From the NCBI GenBank assembly GCA_002009975.1, contig MTLP01000031.1, forward strand, positions 108,573 through 172,572: 64,000 bases of DNA, written 5' to 3'. This document shows, piece by piece, positions 30,485 to 41,248 of this stretch; positions within the stretch are counted from its first letter, which is position 1, and each line of letters begins with the position of its first letter. A program made the translations under genes and the position numbers. The stretch comes from Thermococcus sp. JdFR-02. GTDB lineage: Archaea > Methanobacteriota_B > Thermococci > Thermococcales > Thermococcaceae. A model generated the notes under the pieces. The model searched no databases. It was not told the origin of the DNA and saw only the letters and a list, made by a program, of their open reading frames with translations.

Positions 30485-30572
30485 TGGTGCGGGGGCGGGG
30501 ATTTGAACCCCGGAACCCCTGCGGGACGGGACCCTAAATCCCGCGCCTTTGACCAGGCTCGGCAACCCCCGC
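30485..30572 (-). tRNA. tRNA-Leu (anticodon TAG), CCA encoded
   Basis: GCGGGGG acceptor, CGGGA-UUUAGGG-UCCCG anticodon arm, long variable arm, GUUCAAAUC, ACCA. Confidence 0.95.
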
Positions 30573-30578
30573 TTAAGC

Positions 30579-31355
30579 CTATTCGCCTAATTTATGAAGT
30601 TCGCTTATAAATTTATCGCTCTTTCTCATCAATATTTTCAACGCAATGCTGACAATTTCTTCAACTGGCAATTCTCCATTGCTTTCAACGGTGAAGACGA
30701 ATGTATTTGGTATTATCTCCTCTCTGATAAGAGTTCCCATATATTGGTCAAATTCCCTTGGCAAGTAAAAGCTCTTTAAAGTAGTTATGATGAGTTCATT
30801 TTCATTCTCTTCAATTGGTAACTTCCTTCTCTTTGCAATCTTCTTTAAGGTATTCCACTTTGGTGTTTCTTTACTTACATAGAGCTTTGTTAAGTACTTG
30901 TAGTAAGCAAAGCCTGGTTGCCACTTTGCGTGATCTTTTCCTCTTCCAAGTTTAGCATATGCGTTGAATACAAGCCTTTGACCTTCTGCAAGCTTAATTA
31001 TCGGTATATTTGGATTTGCTGGCTTAATATCTGGATCATCACTCTTTAAGTCTCCAGAATACACCATTCCAGGACCTTCAGCTTCTAAAGACAATGTAAC
31101 TATATATTCGTCTAAATCCAAAGCATCGAGTTCAAACCTATCCACTGGAGTAGTTAAAGGAATCATTGCTAAGCGATGAGCGATAATCTCATCAAACAAA
31201 GCTGAATCATTTTCGTAAAATTCAACTTCATCAATTGCAAAGGTTGGAACATCGCCAACGATTGTTCTTCGTAGGGAGTTTGCAAAAGTAACATCAACCC
31301 CCTCAAGGATAAAGCGAAGTGCATTATCTCTCTTTTCAAGAATTTCAATTTTCAT
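30579..31355 (-). CDS. rpoD: RNA polymerase subunit D (Rpo3)
   Basis: [37 protein letters not shown]. Confidence 0.95.
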   Translation of the reverse strand: MKIEILEKRDNALRFILEGVDVTFANSLRRTIVGDVPTFAIDEVEFYENDSALFDEIIAHRLAMIPLTTPVDRFELDALDLDEYIVTLSLEAEGPGMVYSGDLKSDDPDIKPANPNIPIIKLAEGQRLVFNAYAKLGRGKDHAKWQPGFAYYKYLTKLYVSKETPKWNTLKKIAKRRKLPIEENENELIITTLKSFYLPREFDQYMGTLIREEIIPNTFVFTVESNGELPVEEIVSIALKILMRKSDKFISELHKLGE

Positions 31356-31385
31356 TTTTCTCACCAAAAAAGAAGTTATAAGAGG

Positions 31386-31799
31386 TCAGACCCTTCTGCC
31401 TCTTCTACCGCCTTTAGGTCTTGTTCCATCGTGTGGGATTGGTGTTACATCTTCAACCCTGCCTATCCTGAGACCAGCTCTTGCTAAAGCCCTAATTGCA
31501 GCTTGAGCACCTGGACCTGGAGTTTTACTCTTGCTTCCACCTGGAGCTCTAACCTTTATGTGAACTCCAGTTATTCCCTTTTCTAATGCCTCCTCTGCAG
31601 CTCTCTTAGCTGCAATCATTGCTGCATAAGGTGATGGTTCATCCCTATCAGCTTTAACTACCATACCACCGCTCCATCTTGAAATTGTCTCTGCTCCAGT
31701 TAGGTCTGTGATGTGAATAATTGTGTTGTTGTAGGAGGAGTAAATGTGAACAACTCCCCATTTTTCCTTCTTCTTAATATTAACAACTTCCTCACTCAT
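31386..31799 (-). CDS. rps11: 30S ribosomal protein S11
   Basis: [29 protein letters not shown]. Confidence 0.97.
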   Translation of the reverse strand: MSEEVVNIKKKEKWGVVHIYSSYNNTIIHITDLTGAETISRWSGGMVVKADRDEPSPYAAMIAAKRAAEEALEKGITGVHIKVRAPGGSKSKTPGPGAQAAIRALARAGLRIGRVEDVTPIPHDGTRPKGGRRGRRV

Positions 31800-32338
31800 T
31801 GAGCCTCACCTTTAGCAGCTTGTTCAATAACTATTCTCTCTGGGTGGGATGAACTTGCAAATGGTGATGTCTTTGAGTACGTTATGTTATCTTCCTCCTC
31901 TCTTAACACGATATAGCTTGGTGACCTTATGATTTGCCCATTGATCTCTATATGACCGTGAACAATCAACTGTCTCGCCTGTTTCATTGTTCTTGCTAAA
32001 CCTTTCTTAAATACCAATGTTTGAAGTCTTCTCTCTAGGATATCCTCTATGGTCAATGATAGAACGTCATCAAGCACTGCATTTTCAGGCAATATTCCCA
32101 ATCTTATCAATCTTTGTAACAGTTGAACTCTTTCAACCTCTGCTTGCTTGCCTCTTGCTGCTAACAATCTTCTTGCCCTTCTTCTAAACTCTCTAAGTTG
32201 TGTTTCATGCTTCCATAGTTCCTTCTTGTTTTTTAATGCATACTTCTGCATCAAAACCCTTTCTCTATCCAATCTCTCCTTAATCCATGGATGAGAGGGA
32301 GTCTCATACCTTTTTCTTTGTCTCTTAGGATCTCCCAT
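31796..32338 (-). CDS. rps4: 30S ribosomal protein S4
   Basis: [25 protein letters not shown]. Confidence 0.96.
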   Translation of the reverse strand: MGDPKRQRKRYETPSHPWIKERLDRERVLMQKYALKNKKELWKHETQLREFRRRARRLLAARGKQAEVERVQLLQRLIRLGILPENAVLDDVLSLTIEDILERRLQTLVFKKGLARTMKQARQLIVHGHIEINGQIIRSPSYIVLREEEDNITYSKTSPFASSSHPERIVIEQAAKGEAQ

Positions 32339-32348
32339 TCACTTCACC

Positions 32349-32795
32349 TCACTTTCTCCTTCTCCTAACACCAACTGTAGTTCCTCTTCTGAAGTTTGAT
32401 TTAGTTCTTTGTCCTCTTACAGGCAAGCCAAGCTCATGCCTAATACCTCTGTATGCCCTGATTCTCCTTAATCTATTGACGTCTTCTCTCCATGCCATTA
32501 CCAATTTAGCGCCAATTAAGTGTAAGTCTCTTCCGGTCTCATAATCTTTTGGTCTGTTAACTGCCCAGCTTGGAATTCCATGCTCTACTGGATTTGCCAA
32601 TATTGCTTCAATTTTCTTTACATCTTCCTCTTTTAGATAACCAGCCTTTTGGAACGGATCTATTCCTGCAACTCTGCAAACTATCGTTGCAAAGTTTACT
32701 CCAATTCCCTTGATACCGGTTAACGCCCATCTAACCTGTTTATGCCCATCTATATCTGTTCCAGCGATACGCACTATGTGTTTGAAATCTGCCAT
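32349..32795 (-). CDS. rps13: 30S ribosomal protein S13
   Basis: [28 protein letters not shown]; ATG at 32795 after GGAGGTG (the longer ORF runs through the tRNA). Confidence 0.96.
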   Translation of the reverse strand: MADFKHIVRIAGTDIDGHKQVRWALTGIKGIGVNFATIVCRVAGIDPFQKAGYLKEEDVKKIEAILANPVEHGIPSWAVNRPKDYETGRDLHLIGAKLVMAWREDVNRLRRIRAYRGIRHELGLPVRGQRTKSNFRRGTTVGVRRRRK

Positions 32796-32838
32796 TATAA
32801 TAACACCTCCAAAGGTTAATCCCTCAAAGAGAGGATTT

Positions 32839-32925
32839 TGGCGCCGGGACGGGGATTTGAACCCCGGCGGGCAAACGCCCACGGGCTCTCAAGGCCCGCG
32901 CCTTCCCAGGCTAGGCAATCCCGGC
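32839..32925 (-). tRNA. tRNA-Ser (anticodon TGA), CCA encoded
   Basis: GCCGGGA/UCCCGGC acceptor, CGGGC-CUUGAGA-GCCCG anticodon arm, long variable arm, G discriminator plus CCA. Confidence 0.95.
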
Positions 32926-33498
32926 ATATACTCTATATCCTCCACCTTTTGCCAATTCCCTAACTTCGCTAAAGGTTTCATCCATTAGACCCTTAATATA
33001 TTTTGCGCCTTGATTGGTGCGAATGACCAACTGTAAGAGACCTCCATCGTAGAGGTGTTTAGGGGCATTTATAACTATTTCCCTCAACACTTCTTTCCCA
33101 GCATGAACAGGTGGATTGGTAATTATTGAGTGGAATTTTTCATTTCTAACTGGTTCATAAAGATTTCCCCATCTGACCTCTGCATTCTTTACATTGTTGA
33201 TTTTTAAATTTTTCTTCGCAATCTGGACGGCTCTTATGTTAATGTCTGTCATGAGGACATATTTTACAAAGTGCGAAGCCACTATTCCTATTGCCCCATA
33301 GCCACATCCCAAGTCCAGAACTCTAAAGCTTTCATCTAAAACAGCATTCTCAATCAATAATCTAGTACCTTTATCAAATTTTCCAAATGAAAAAACCCCA
33401 CTCGCAGTTATAAATTTGAAATGATGTCCTCTAACAACTACTTCAATAATTTTTGTCCTTAAAGGAACACTTGGATTCTTGGAATAATAATGACTCAT
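32911..33498 (-). CDS. Class I SAM-dependent methyltransferase (MTS/RsmC-like)
   Basis: GVFS..DKGT, LDLGCGYG, NPPVHAG motifs; last 15 nt overlap tRNA-Ser. Confidence 0.88.
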   Translation of the reverse strand: MSHYYSKNPSVPLRTKIIEVVVRGHHFKFITASGVFSFGKFDKGTRLLIENAVLDESFRVLDLGCGYGAIGIVASHFVKYVLMTDINIRAVQIAKKNLKINNVKNAEVRWGNLYEPVRNEKFHSIITNPPVHAGKEVLREIVINAPKHLYDGGLLQLVIRTNQGAKYIKGLMDETFSEVRELAKGGGYRVYAGIA

Positions 33499-33581
33499 GG
33501 AGAATGGTTAAAGAGATGGCTTAAAAAGGTTATCCAAAAAACAAACATTGCCTCCAAAGAATAAACTTGAAAAATTAAAAA

Positions 33582-34706
33582 CTATGAAAACTCTTTCTTT
33601 TCAAATGCCCTCTCCAAGACAAGTTCAGTCTTCTTATCAAAGAGCAGAGCTTTTTCCAAGTCTAAGACTATTCCTACCTTATCCCTAACATCAAACTTTT
33701 GCTCTTTGCTGGCAAATACTTTTACATAGGTTTCATCGTCCAAGACCACTGTTACTATTGTCTCCCTGCCCAATGGTTCAGCCGCAAAAACTTCTCCTAC
33801 CAACATTGGTGGATCGGGCATGTTAGGTTTTAGCTCTATAACTTCAGCATCATGGGGTCTAAATCCAAGCAATACTTTGCTTACATCAAATTTTTTGAGA
33901 AGTTCAGCGTATTTTGGAGGTGCTGGTATCCTGCTTTCACCTATTAAGAGCTCTCCACTCTCCCTTATAACGGTAGATTCAACGAAGTTCATCGGTGGAT
34001 TACCCAAGAAACCCCCAACAAATTTGCACCATGGTTTAGCATATACATCATCTGGTGTTCCTACTTGGAGTATCTCACCTTCCCTTATCACCGCTATTTT
34101 ATCAGCCATAGCTAAAGCTTCTGCTTGATCGTGAGTTACATAAATAGCTGTAATTCCCAGCTCTTTCTGAAGCCTCTTAAGCTCTGCTCTAACGTTCATT
34201 CTAAGGAGAGCATCTAAGTTTGAGAGTGGCTCATCCAAAAGTAAAACCCCAGGTTCTTTAACTAAGGCTCTAGCAATTGCAACTCTCTGCTGCTGTCCAC
34301 CTGAAAGCTGATAGGGATATCTCTCTAGAAGATGATCTATCTTAAGCATTTTAGCAACTTCAGTGACCTTTTTTTTGATTTCTTCCTTCGACTCCTTCTT
34401 AAGCTCTAATGGAAAAGCAATGTTATCAAAGACTTTCATATGAGGATACAGCGCCCAATTTTGGAAAACTAAACCAATATTGCGCTCCTTTGGTGGAAGC
34501 TCTGTAACATCCATGTCGTCAAAGTATATCCTCCCTTGGGTTGGTTTATAGATTCCCGCTATGAGATAAAGCAAAGTACTCTTTCCACTTCCAGAAGGAC
34601 CTAAAAGTGCCATAAACTCTTTATCTTTAATTTCTAAATTGGCATTATCAACAGCAACAACTTTACCAAATCTCTTTGTGACATTCTCCAATCTCACAGT
34701 CACCAT
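33582..34706 (-). CDS. Sugar ABC transporter ATP-binding protein (MalK-like)
   Basis: GPSGSGKST, LSGGQQQR, LLDEPLSNLD, YVTHDQ, C-terminal TOBE region. Confidence 0.93.
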   Translation of the reverse strand: MVTVRLENVTKRFGKVVAVDNANLEIKDKEFMALLGPSGSGKSTLLYLIAGIYKPTQGRIYFDDMDVTELPPKERNIGLVFQNWALYPHMKVFDNIAFPLELKKESKEEIKKKVTEVAKMLKIDHLLERYPYQLSGGQQQRVAIARALVKEPGVLLLDEPLSNLDALLRMNVRAELKRLQKELGITAIYVTHDQAEALAMADKIAVIREGEILQVGTPDDVYAKPWCKFVGGFLGNPPMNFVESTVIRESGELLIGESRIPAPPKYAELLKKFDVSKVLLGFRPHDAEVIELKPNMPDPPMLVGEVFAAEPLGRETIVTVVLDDETYVKVFASKEQKFDVRDKVGIVLDLEKALLFDKKTELVLERAFEKKEFS

Positions 34707-34712
34707 TCTCTC

Positions 34713-35585
34713 TCACCCCTTTATTCCTCCAGAATGGGTTTCAAGCAACAGCTTTTGAGAAGTTAAAAAGAATATTATTGTTGGCAAGAGATACAAGGTT
34801 CCAGCGGCTGCTATTAGTGGCATGTGAGAATACTCTGCTTCAAGGTTTGCTTCAATATAAGTAGCTAAAGTTGGTTCAACGAGGAAAGTTCTAACATATA
34901 TTAAATCCTGCCATCCAGCAAGGAATCCAAAGAGCAGTATAGCAGCGATCCCCGGCTTTATTAGTGGAAGTAATATTTTTCTCCATACCCTAATCCTTGA
35001 CGCCCCATCAACTATTGCAGACCACTCAATTTCCCAAGGTATTGAGTCAAAGAACCCCTTCATAAGCCAAGTAGCCATAGGAACTTCTAAAGCAGCTCTA
35101 GCCACTATAACGTACATAAAGGAGAATGTCGTCACTAGAGAGGGGCTTGAAGGTAAGCTAAGCCTGTAGAGCAAATAAACTCCAACTATTAAAGCAACCC
35201 CTGGGAAAGCGTGAAGCATGAGTAAGAACATGAGTAAGAACTTTCTACCTCTAAAGTTCATCCTTGATAGGGCATAACCAGAGAGGGCACTAATCAATGT
35301 TACAACACCAGCAACTCCAAGGGCTACTAAAGCAGTGTTAAAGGTGTATTTTAAGATGTTTTGTCTTATTCCACCTGTAAAGGCTAATTTTCCTTGTAAA
35401 ACATTTATCCAGTTTTCAATTGTGAACCTAAATGATTCCAGGCTTAAATTTGTCATCATCTCCTTGCTAAAGCTTGAGAGCACTAACAGGGAAAATGCTA
35501 AAAAGAGGGGTATGCTTGCCATTAAAATTGCTATTGTAATTGCGACTTCAGTTTTCTTTGAACGAACCTCAACATCTGTCAGCAT
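34713..35585 (-). CDS. Carbohydrate ABC transporter permease (MalG-like)
   Basis: Six TMs, EAA-like EWSAIVDGAS loop. Confidence 0.9.
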   Translation of the reverse strand: MLTDVEVRSKKTEVAITIAILMASIPLFLAFSLLVLSSFSKEMMTNLSLESFRFTIENWINVLQGKLAFTGGIRQNILKYTFNTALVALGVAGVVTLISALSGYALSRMNFRGRKFLLMFLLMLHAFPGVALIVGVYLLYRLSLPSSPSLVTTFSFMYVIVARAALEVPMATWLMKGFFDSIPWEIEWSAIVDGASRIRVWRKILLPLIKPGIAAILLFGFLAGWQDLIYVRTFLVEPTLATYIEANLEAEYSHMPLIAAAGTLYLLPTIIFFLTSQKLLLETHSGGIKG

Positions 35586-36529
35586 TATATATCCCCCCTT
35601 GGCTTTGCTATCATTCTTTCAAACTTCAGTATCTTGAGGGTTAGGAAACCTAAGACCGTTCCAATTATGGCTAAAATTGTAGCCGCTGCAGCAGCTAATC
35701 CTTGGTCTTGCTCCCCTCTTCCAAAGGCAGTTAGGAAGACATATAGAGACAAAGTTGTGCCGTAATCTCTATTTACCAATCCCCATTCAATCAGCAGGAA
35801 AGTGTGAGCATAACTTGTTATAAGACTCAAAAGCTGCCAAGTGAAAACGTAAAGAATGTGCCACCTTATCATTGGTATTAGGATCTTTCTTGAGATGCTC
35901 CAATTGGTTGCCCCATCAACCCTTGCAGCTATGACAAGCTCTCTCGGAATATGACTTAAAGCTGATGAAAAGACTATCATTCCAAAACTAACCCCAACCA
36001 AACCGTTTATGAACACGATTATACTCCAAGGTCCCCAAGGAATTACTCCTTGACCTAAAACAATCGGCTTATCAATTATACCAAGTTTTAATAATAGAGA
36101 ATTAAGGGTTCCAATTTCACTTCCATGGAAAAAGTAGTACCAGACCAAGCTATAAACTGCGATAGGGGACATTCTTGGAAGAAGCCACACCAGTCTCAAA
36201 GTAGATGAGCTTTTTTCATTGATAAAGTAGGTCGCAAGGGAGATAAGCAATCCACCAAAAACATTTACGATTAGGGTTATCAAAACGAAGATGATAGTGT
36301 TTATCATAACTTGCCTAAAGATTGGATCATATTTTACCATGTGATAAATCCTGTAATAGTTATAACTACCTATAAACTGGCTCAAATATCTCTCAGTATT
36401 CCAATTTCTAATTGGAGTAAAGCTCATATAAACTGTCAAGACGAGAGGGAGAAGATAAAACACTATGATTATAACTAACGCAGGAGTAAGAAAGAAAGAA
36501 AGTTGAAAAAGATTTGAATATTTTTTCAC
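35585..36529 (-). CDS. Carbohydrate ABC transporter permease (MalF-like)
   Basis: TM helices, ELVIAARVDGAT loop; GTG start after GAGGGTGA. Confidence 0.9.
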   Translation of the reverse strand: MKKYSNLFQLSFFLTPALVIIIVFYLLPLVLTVYMSFTPIRNWNTERYLSQFIGSYNYYRIYHMVKYDPIFRQVMINTIIFVLITLIVNVFGGLLISLATYFINEKSSSTLRLVWLLPRMSPIAVYSLVWYYFFHGSEIGTLNSLLLKLGIIDKPIVLGQGVIPWGPWSIIVFINGLVGVSFGMIVFSSALSHIPRELVIAARVDGATNWSISRKILIPMIRWHILYVFTWQLLSLITSYAHTFLLIEWGLVNRDYGTTLSLYVFLTAFGRGEQDQGLAAAAATILAIIGTVLGFLTLKILKFERMIAKPRGDI

Positions 36530-36558
36530 TTATTTCACCCTCCTTTACTGTTTTTGCT

Positions 36559-38196
36559 CTATGGGAACTGCCAGTCCTTTGGAACTTCACCTACTATCTT
36601 GACTGATGCAGAAAGCTCTGGGTCTGCTTTTATTCTATCAATTAAGAATTGCACTGCTTCTTCTGGTTTCATTTCTCCTCTCAACACTTTGTCGACTGCA
36701 TCTTTGAATAAATCAGCTAAAGCTGGGTACTTTGGATGTGATGGTGCTAAATGAGTGTATTCAAGCATGTAGCTAACATCTGCTAAGAACTTAGCATTTA
36801 TTGGATGAACTGTTGCTTTTACTATATCTGCTATTTCAGCTTTAACTCCAGAGGATATGTCTATATTAAGGTTCTTCAAGTCATTTAGCCATTTTTCATC
36901 CTTGATTAGATCCTCAGCTGCCTTTCTAACTGGCAAGTGTGAGCTTATAACACTGTGTATTGCGTTTATGTCTGCATCGCTAGCCTTGAGTATCATTAGG
37001 AACGCAAGCTTTTGATAGATATCTTTAAGCTCATCGTACTTTGGATTTTGTGCACCGGCTTTTGAGTTAATCATCCAAACGAATGGTTGACTCAATGTTA
37101 CTGGCTTTTGACCCTTCTCACCAGCTGGGAACAATGTGTAGTAGAACCATGCATCAACCTCTTCTGGTTTAAGTCCTCTTGGCTCGTTTGTCTTAGGATC
37201 AACGTAATAATCCTTGGTTTGCCACTCTGCCCAGTACCAAGTTCCACCAATGTCAAAGAGAGTATTTCCACTTACAATAGCTGGGTGTATTTGCTTTGCC
37301 CAGTCCCATGACATTATATCCTCTGGTAAGATACCATCTCTTGCAAACTTCCACTCAACATAGAGCCACTTGTAAACGGCAGGAACATCAAGGACTAACT
37401 TATCCTCGTTTTCATCGTAAAGTGTTCCACCAAAGGCAAATATAAATTGGATCAAATCTGGATGTGCAGAACCCTTTCTATGTATCAATCCCCACTCAGA
37501 GCAGCCCTTTTCCTTGGCAGCTTTAGCCTTTGCATATACATCGCTCCATGTAAATTCTCCATTTTTAACTTTCTCCTCTAGTTTTGTTAGATCAAAGCCT
37601 GAACACTTAGCGACATCTTTTCTAATGTAGAGAGGTCTTGCCTCTGTATCTTGAGGCAATCCATAGAGCTTTCCTTTCCACTTTGATGCTTCCATTAATG
37701 GAGTGTAGAAATCAGATAGTTCTTTCTCATAAGCTTTAGCATATTCAGTCACATCAAGAATATAGCCTTCCTTTGCCAAAGTTGGGATAAATGCATATGA
37801 ATTTACAAAAAAGTCCCCAGCTTGTCCTATTGGCTGCTTACTCAAATAGTCTTGGAATAACTGTTGGAAACTTGCGACATAATTAGTATCTACAACTATC
37901 TTTACATTAATGTTGTTTTCATTAAAGACTTTGTTTATTCTCTCAGCGGCTTCAACAATACCATAGACTCTCATAACACTGTTTGGATCACCAGCTCCCC
38001 ACACAGTAAACTTAACCTCATTGACACCATTGCTCTCAAGGGCTTTCCCTATATTAACAACATCTTTAACAAAATCGCCTGTTAAAGAAACTTCAACTTT
38101 CTCAGGGGTTGTGGGCTTTTCTGAGCTTATGCACCCACTGGCAATCGCTCCAAAAACCAATATTCCAACTAATAATACAGCTACATAGCCCCTCAT
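36559..38196 (-). CDS. Sugar ABC transporter substrate-binding lipoprotein
   Basis: Lipobox-like ASGC after a hydrophobic stretch, GKLYGLPQD, first gene of the ABC operon. Confidence 0.88.
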   Translation of the reverse strand: MRGYVAVLLVGILVFGAIASGCISSEKPTTPEKVEVSLTGDFVKDVVNIGKALESNGVNEVKFTVWGAGDPNSVMRVYGIVEAAERINKVFNENNINVKIVVDTNYVASFQQLFQDYLSKQPIGQAGDFFVNSYAFIPTLAKEGYILDVTEYAKAYEKELSDFYTPLMEASKWKGKLYGLPQDTEARPLYIRKDVAKCSGFDLTKLEEKVKNGEFTWSDVYAKAKAAKEKGCSEWGLIHRKGSAHPDLIQFIFAFGGTLYDENEDKLVLDVPAVYKWLYVEWKFARDGILPEDIMSWDWAKQIHPAIVSGNTLFDIGGTWYWAEWQTKDYYVDPKTNEPRGLKPEEVDAWFYYTLFPAGEKGQKPVTLSQPFVWMINSKAGAQNPKYDELKDIYQKLAFLMILKASDADINAIHSVISSHLPVRKAAEDLIKDEKWLNDLKNLNIDISSGVKAEIADIVKATVHPINAKFLADVSYMLEYTHLAPSHPKYPALADLFKDAVDKVLRGEMKPEEAVQFLIDRIKADPELSASVKIVGEVPKDWQFP

Positions 38197-38265
38197 TAAC
38201 CATCCCTCCAAAGTTCAAAAATTTGGCAAATATTCAAAAAACCAAAGTTTTATTAGAAGTTCAGC

Positions 38266-38298
38266 TTTCACTAAAAATTATACCTTTAGATTTATAAA
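38266..38298 (-). promoter_or_regulatory. Promoter (TTTATAAA) with a downstream degenerate TGM-like operator
   Basis: TTTCAC-TAAAA-ATTATA (38266-38282) versus the Thermococcales glycolytic motif TATCAC-N5-GTGATA; TATA at 38291-38298. Confidence 0.4.
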
Positions 38299-38414
38299 TT
38301 TTTTTAGCAGCGCATATTTGTGTTAGTTTTTTACTCTAATTGAGCGAAATCCCTAAAAAATAAGCTCAAACAGAACACACTCGAGATAGAGAATAAAAAG
38401 AAGAATAATCAATT

Positions 38415-39425
38415 CTACCACATTTTTGGATACCAATCTCTTGGCATAAAGACTTTTTCAACATCAACGGCTATTCCCTTGCTTGAATTAAGCATTTCTC
38501 CACTTGTCATTACAGCTTTTCCCAGAGCTACAAGCTCATCTTTAAGTGTCATTATCGCAACTAAATCGCCTTTCTTAATATTTGCATTAACCTTAACAAT
38601 ACCGGGAACTGCCAAGTTTGCGCCATAAGTCACTGCAGCAACTGCAGAATCCCTAATCCAAACCTTTGGTAAATGTTCAACAGCTTTCTCCATTGGTTGA
38701 ATTGCCTTCCTAAAATATTCCTCAATTCCATCGTCTTTCCAGAAATGATAGGCATCGATTAAATCGTGGAGCGTTACAAGTGTTTCATCCTCTTTAAAAG
38801 GACCGCTCCTTGTTCTTCTTAACTCAGCCATGTGAGCACCAACACCTAACGCTAAACCGATATGGTGAATTAGAGACCTTATATAAGTTCCTGCTTCAAC
38901 TCCAACTCTAAAGAGGACATCTTTACCATCAATCTCCAAAACTTCAATGTAGTAGACTTTTCTCGTCCTTAACCTTCTCTTTACTGCACTCCTTAATGGA
39001 GGTCTCTGAATTATTTCCCCCTCAAACTCTCTCATAACTGCTAAGATTTTATCTTCGGAAACTTCATCATGGAGATGCATTAAAGCAACATATTCTTTTC
39101 CAGCTGGTAAAAGAGCTTGAACTACTCTCGTAGCATTTTCTAAAGCTACAGGCAAAACACCGCTAACCTTTGGATCCAAAGTTCCTCCATGACCAGCTTT
39201 TTTTAAATTGAAGAGCTTTTTAATCCAAGCAACTACTTCATGAGATGTAGGACCAGGAGGTTTGTCCAAATTAATCACACCAAACTTTATATGCATTTCA
39301 ATCGGTCTCTTCTCTGGAGGAAATCCCCACTTTGGATTCGTTTCCGCTTTTTCATCTTTAATTAAAACCTCTCTCTCGATATCAGCTGGGAGTATTAACT
39401 TTCTCTCCTTTTTTTGTTTTGCCAT
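38415..39425 (-). CDS. cbf5: H/ACA RNA-guided pseudouridine synthase Cbf5
   Basis: LDKPPGPTSHEV, GHGGTLDPKVSG, GTYIR, C-terminal PUA domain. Confidence 0.96.
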   Translation of the reverse strand: MAKQKKERKLILPADIEREVLIKDEKAETNPKWGFPPEKRPIEMHIKFGVINLDKPPGPTSHEVVAWIKKLFNLKKAGHGGTLDPKVSGVLPVALENATRVVQALLPAGKEYVALMHLHDEVSEDKILAVMREFEGEIIQRPPLRSAVKRRLRTRKVYYIEVLEIDGKDVLFRVGVEAGTYIRSLIHHIGLALGVGAHMAELRRTRSGPFKEDETLVTLHDLIDAYHFWKDDGIEEYFRKAIQPMEKAVEHLPKVWIRDSAVAAVTYGANLAVPGIVKVNANIKKGDLVAIMTLKDELVALGKAVMTSGEMLNSSKGIAVDVEKVFMPRDWYPKMW

Positions 39426-39523
39426 AACTATCACCTGATGAGGGTTATATAACAAAGTAAAAATAGGGACTTATAAAGATTTGGCGAAAAGAAAAGTTCT
39501 AAGGACTTTTAAGAAAGGTGCAT

Positions 39524-39540
39524 AAAGGGGGCTAAGCCCC
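39524..39540 (-). terminator. Hairpin plus short U-tract after rpl14e
   Basis: GGGGC-UUA-GCCCC immediately after the stop, followed by CUUU. Confidence 0.4.
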
Positions 39541-39792
39541 TCACTCTAAGCTTATTCCTGCCTTTTCCAAAGCTTCCTTAACTTCCTCGTCGCTTGCACC
39601 TTTTGAAATTGAAATTTTCTCTGGAAGTGGTTCAATGTGCTTGATGTTCATCCTTCTTCTCTTAACTTTGTTCAAGCCTGCACCTGTAACAAGAACGAAG
39701 TTCTTGTCAATTATATCAACTACAACAACCTTTTGTCCGGCTCTTCTTCCTGCAATAATAACCCCAATTCTTCCAATATCAATTGCTGGCAT
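39541..39792 (-). CDS. rpl14e: 50S ribosomal protein L14e
   Basis: [27 protein letters not shown] motif; GGAGGTGG RBS. Confidence 0.94.
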   Translation of the reverse strand: MPAIDIGRIGVIIAGRRAGQKVVVVDIIDKNFVLVTGAGLNKVKRRRMNIKHIEPLPEKISISKGASDEEVKEALEKAGISLE

Positions 39793-39805
39793 TTCATTCC
39801 ACCTC

Positions 39806-40372
39806 CTATTTTTTCTTTGCTCCCGAGTCGCCTTCGGGAGCAAGGTGGTCGACGGCGGCCTTCACAATTGCGAAGACCCCATCGGGAGACCATTTTGAAG
39901 TGTTTATAACCAAATCATAAATCGAAAGGTCATCTATGTCGATACCATATAAGTTTAAATACCTTTTCCTATTCTGCTTCTCCCTTTCAACAGTTTCCAT
40001 GAAAGCGATATCATAGGGTTTCTTCTCTCTCCTCGCAACCCTTTCAACCCTAACCCTTAAAGGTGCTTCAAGCCAGATTTTTAAATCAGCTTCCTTAACC
40101 ATCCAACCTGCCAAACGACCCTCAATGATAACGTTTCCTTCTTTTGCTGCCTCAATTTGTCTTCTATCAACTTCCCTATCAACTTCTGGATGTAATTCGG
40201 CATACTTTTGAAACTCCTGCAAACTCATTCCCATTTCTTCAGCCATTTGACGAAAGATTAACCCAGCATAAATATGTTTAAATCCATAGTGCTGAGCCAA
40301 CTTTTTACACAGTGTTGTCGTTCCACTACCTGCTAATCCACTAACTGTTATCACTAATCCCCTCTTTGCCAT
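39806..40372 (-). CDS. cmk: Cytidylate kinase
   Basis: [29 protein letters not shown]. Confidence 0.93.
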   Translation of the reverse strand: MAKRGLVITVSGLAGSGTTTLCKKLAQHYGFKHIYAGLIFRQMAEEMGMSLQEFQKYAELHPEVDREVDRRQIEAAKEGNVIIEGRLAGWMVKEADLKIWLEAPLRVRVERVARREKKPYDIAFMETVEREKQNRKRYLNLYGIDIDDLSIYDLVINTSKWSPDGVFAIVKAAVDHLAPEGDSGAKKK

Positions 40373-40403
40373 ACTGCATCATCTTGAAAATTTATAAAAT
40401 AGG

Positions 40404-40670
40404 TCAGATTTGAGCTCTAACTTGAGCTTTTATAGCTCTGCGCATACAGCTTGGGCAGAGGTGAGGCATTGGTCTTTCTGGTCTCTTCTTAGTCTTTGGT
40501 AGCTTTCTCATTTCACTTGGTCTTCCTCTTGGAATCCCATTTAGGGGCTTTCCACAAATTGCACAGTGAGCTATCTTTGGCTTTTTCCTTTCAAAGTGAA
40601 TTACAATCCTTCCTCCTGGTGTCCTAACGTATTTTCTTCTCCATGATCTTGATCTATACATTGGTTTCAT
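40404..40670 (-). CDS. rpl34e: 50S ribosomal protein L34e
   Basis: RTPGGR, CAICG..LNGI, LCPSC. Confidence 0.95.
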   Translation of the reverse strand: MKPMYRSRSWRRKYVRTPGGRIVIHFERKKPKIAHCAICGKPLNGIPRGRPSEMRKLPKTKKRPERPMPHLCPSCMRRAIKAQVRAQI

Positions 40671-40720
40671 TTAACACACCTCCTTGCTAAGCTTTTTGTT
40701 GAGTATTTTTAAGCTTTAGG

Positions 40721-41248
40721 CTATGCCATGTCGAGCAGTTTCCTCAACACCGCACCAACAACGTAGGAAGTTAGGATATACCATCCAAGGAATCCTATTT
40801 CATTTGCATGAAGGGCTGACTTGTAAAACTTGTGGAACATGTCAACAAGGAAGAAGTTGAAGGGTATTTTAACTATTGCGGTTTCAACGTAGTATCTTGC
40901 CAGCCAACCATAAAATATTATGAACATTGGAAAGCTCACAAGCATTGGTTTGAACATTGCACTCTTCATGACCTCATTCTGGAGCTTTAAAAGCTCCATC
41001 TGCTTTTGCTGTAATTTTCTCAACTTCTTCTCATCCTTGTTCTTCTGAGCTTCTTTCCATTCTTTTTGGAATTCCTTACTCATCTTCTGCAATTTTTTCA
41101 TCTTTTCTTGGTCTACGAATATGTAATTTATTGCCGTAAAAAACACTCCCATGAATATACCAAATAACGTAGCCACCCACATTGGGTGAGTAGTCAATAT
41201 CAATCCTTTAAATGCCGCATCTAAAGCTGCATATATTCCCTCAAGCAT
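40721..41248 (-). CDS. DUF106 / EMC3-TMCO1-like membrane insertase (Oxa1 superfamily)
   Basis: TM1, cytoplasmic coiled coil, MFKPM, WYILTS; conserved position between adk and rpl34e. Confidence 0.85.
   Translation of the reverse strand: MLEGIYAALDAAFKGLILTTHPMWVATLFGIFMGVFFTAINYIFVDQEKMKKLQKMSKEFQKEWKEAQKNKDEKKLRKLQQKQMELLKLQNEVMKSAMFKPMLVSFPMFIIFYGWLARYYVETAIVKIPFNFFLVDMFHKFYKSALHANEIGFLGWYILTSYVVGAVLRKLLDMA

Noticed and set aside
32796-32882. N-terminal extension of the S13 ORF
   Set aside because: It overlaps tRNA-Ser; the RBS-supported start is 32795
28869-32925. tRNA genes as integration sites for a provirus or island
   Set aside because: No duplicated tRNA 3' end and no integrase seen; the flanks are core genes
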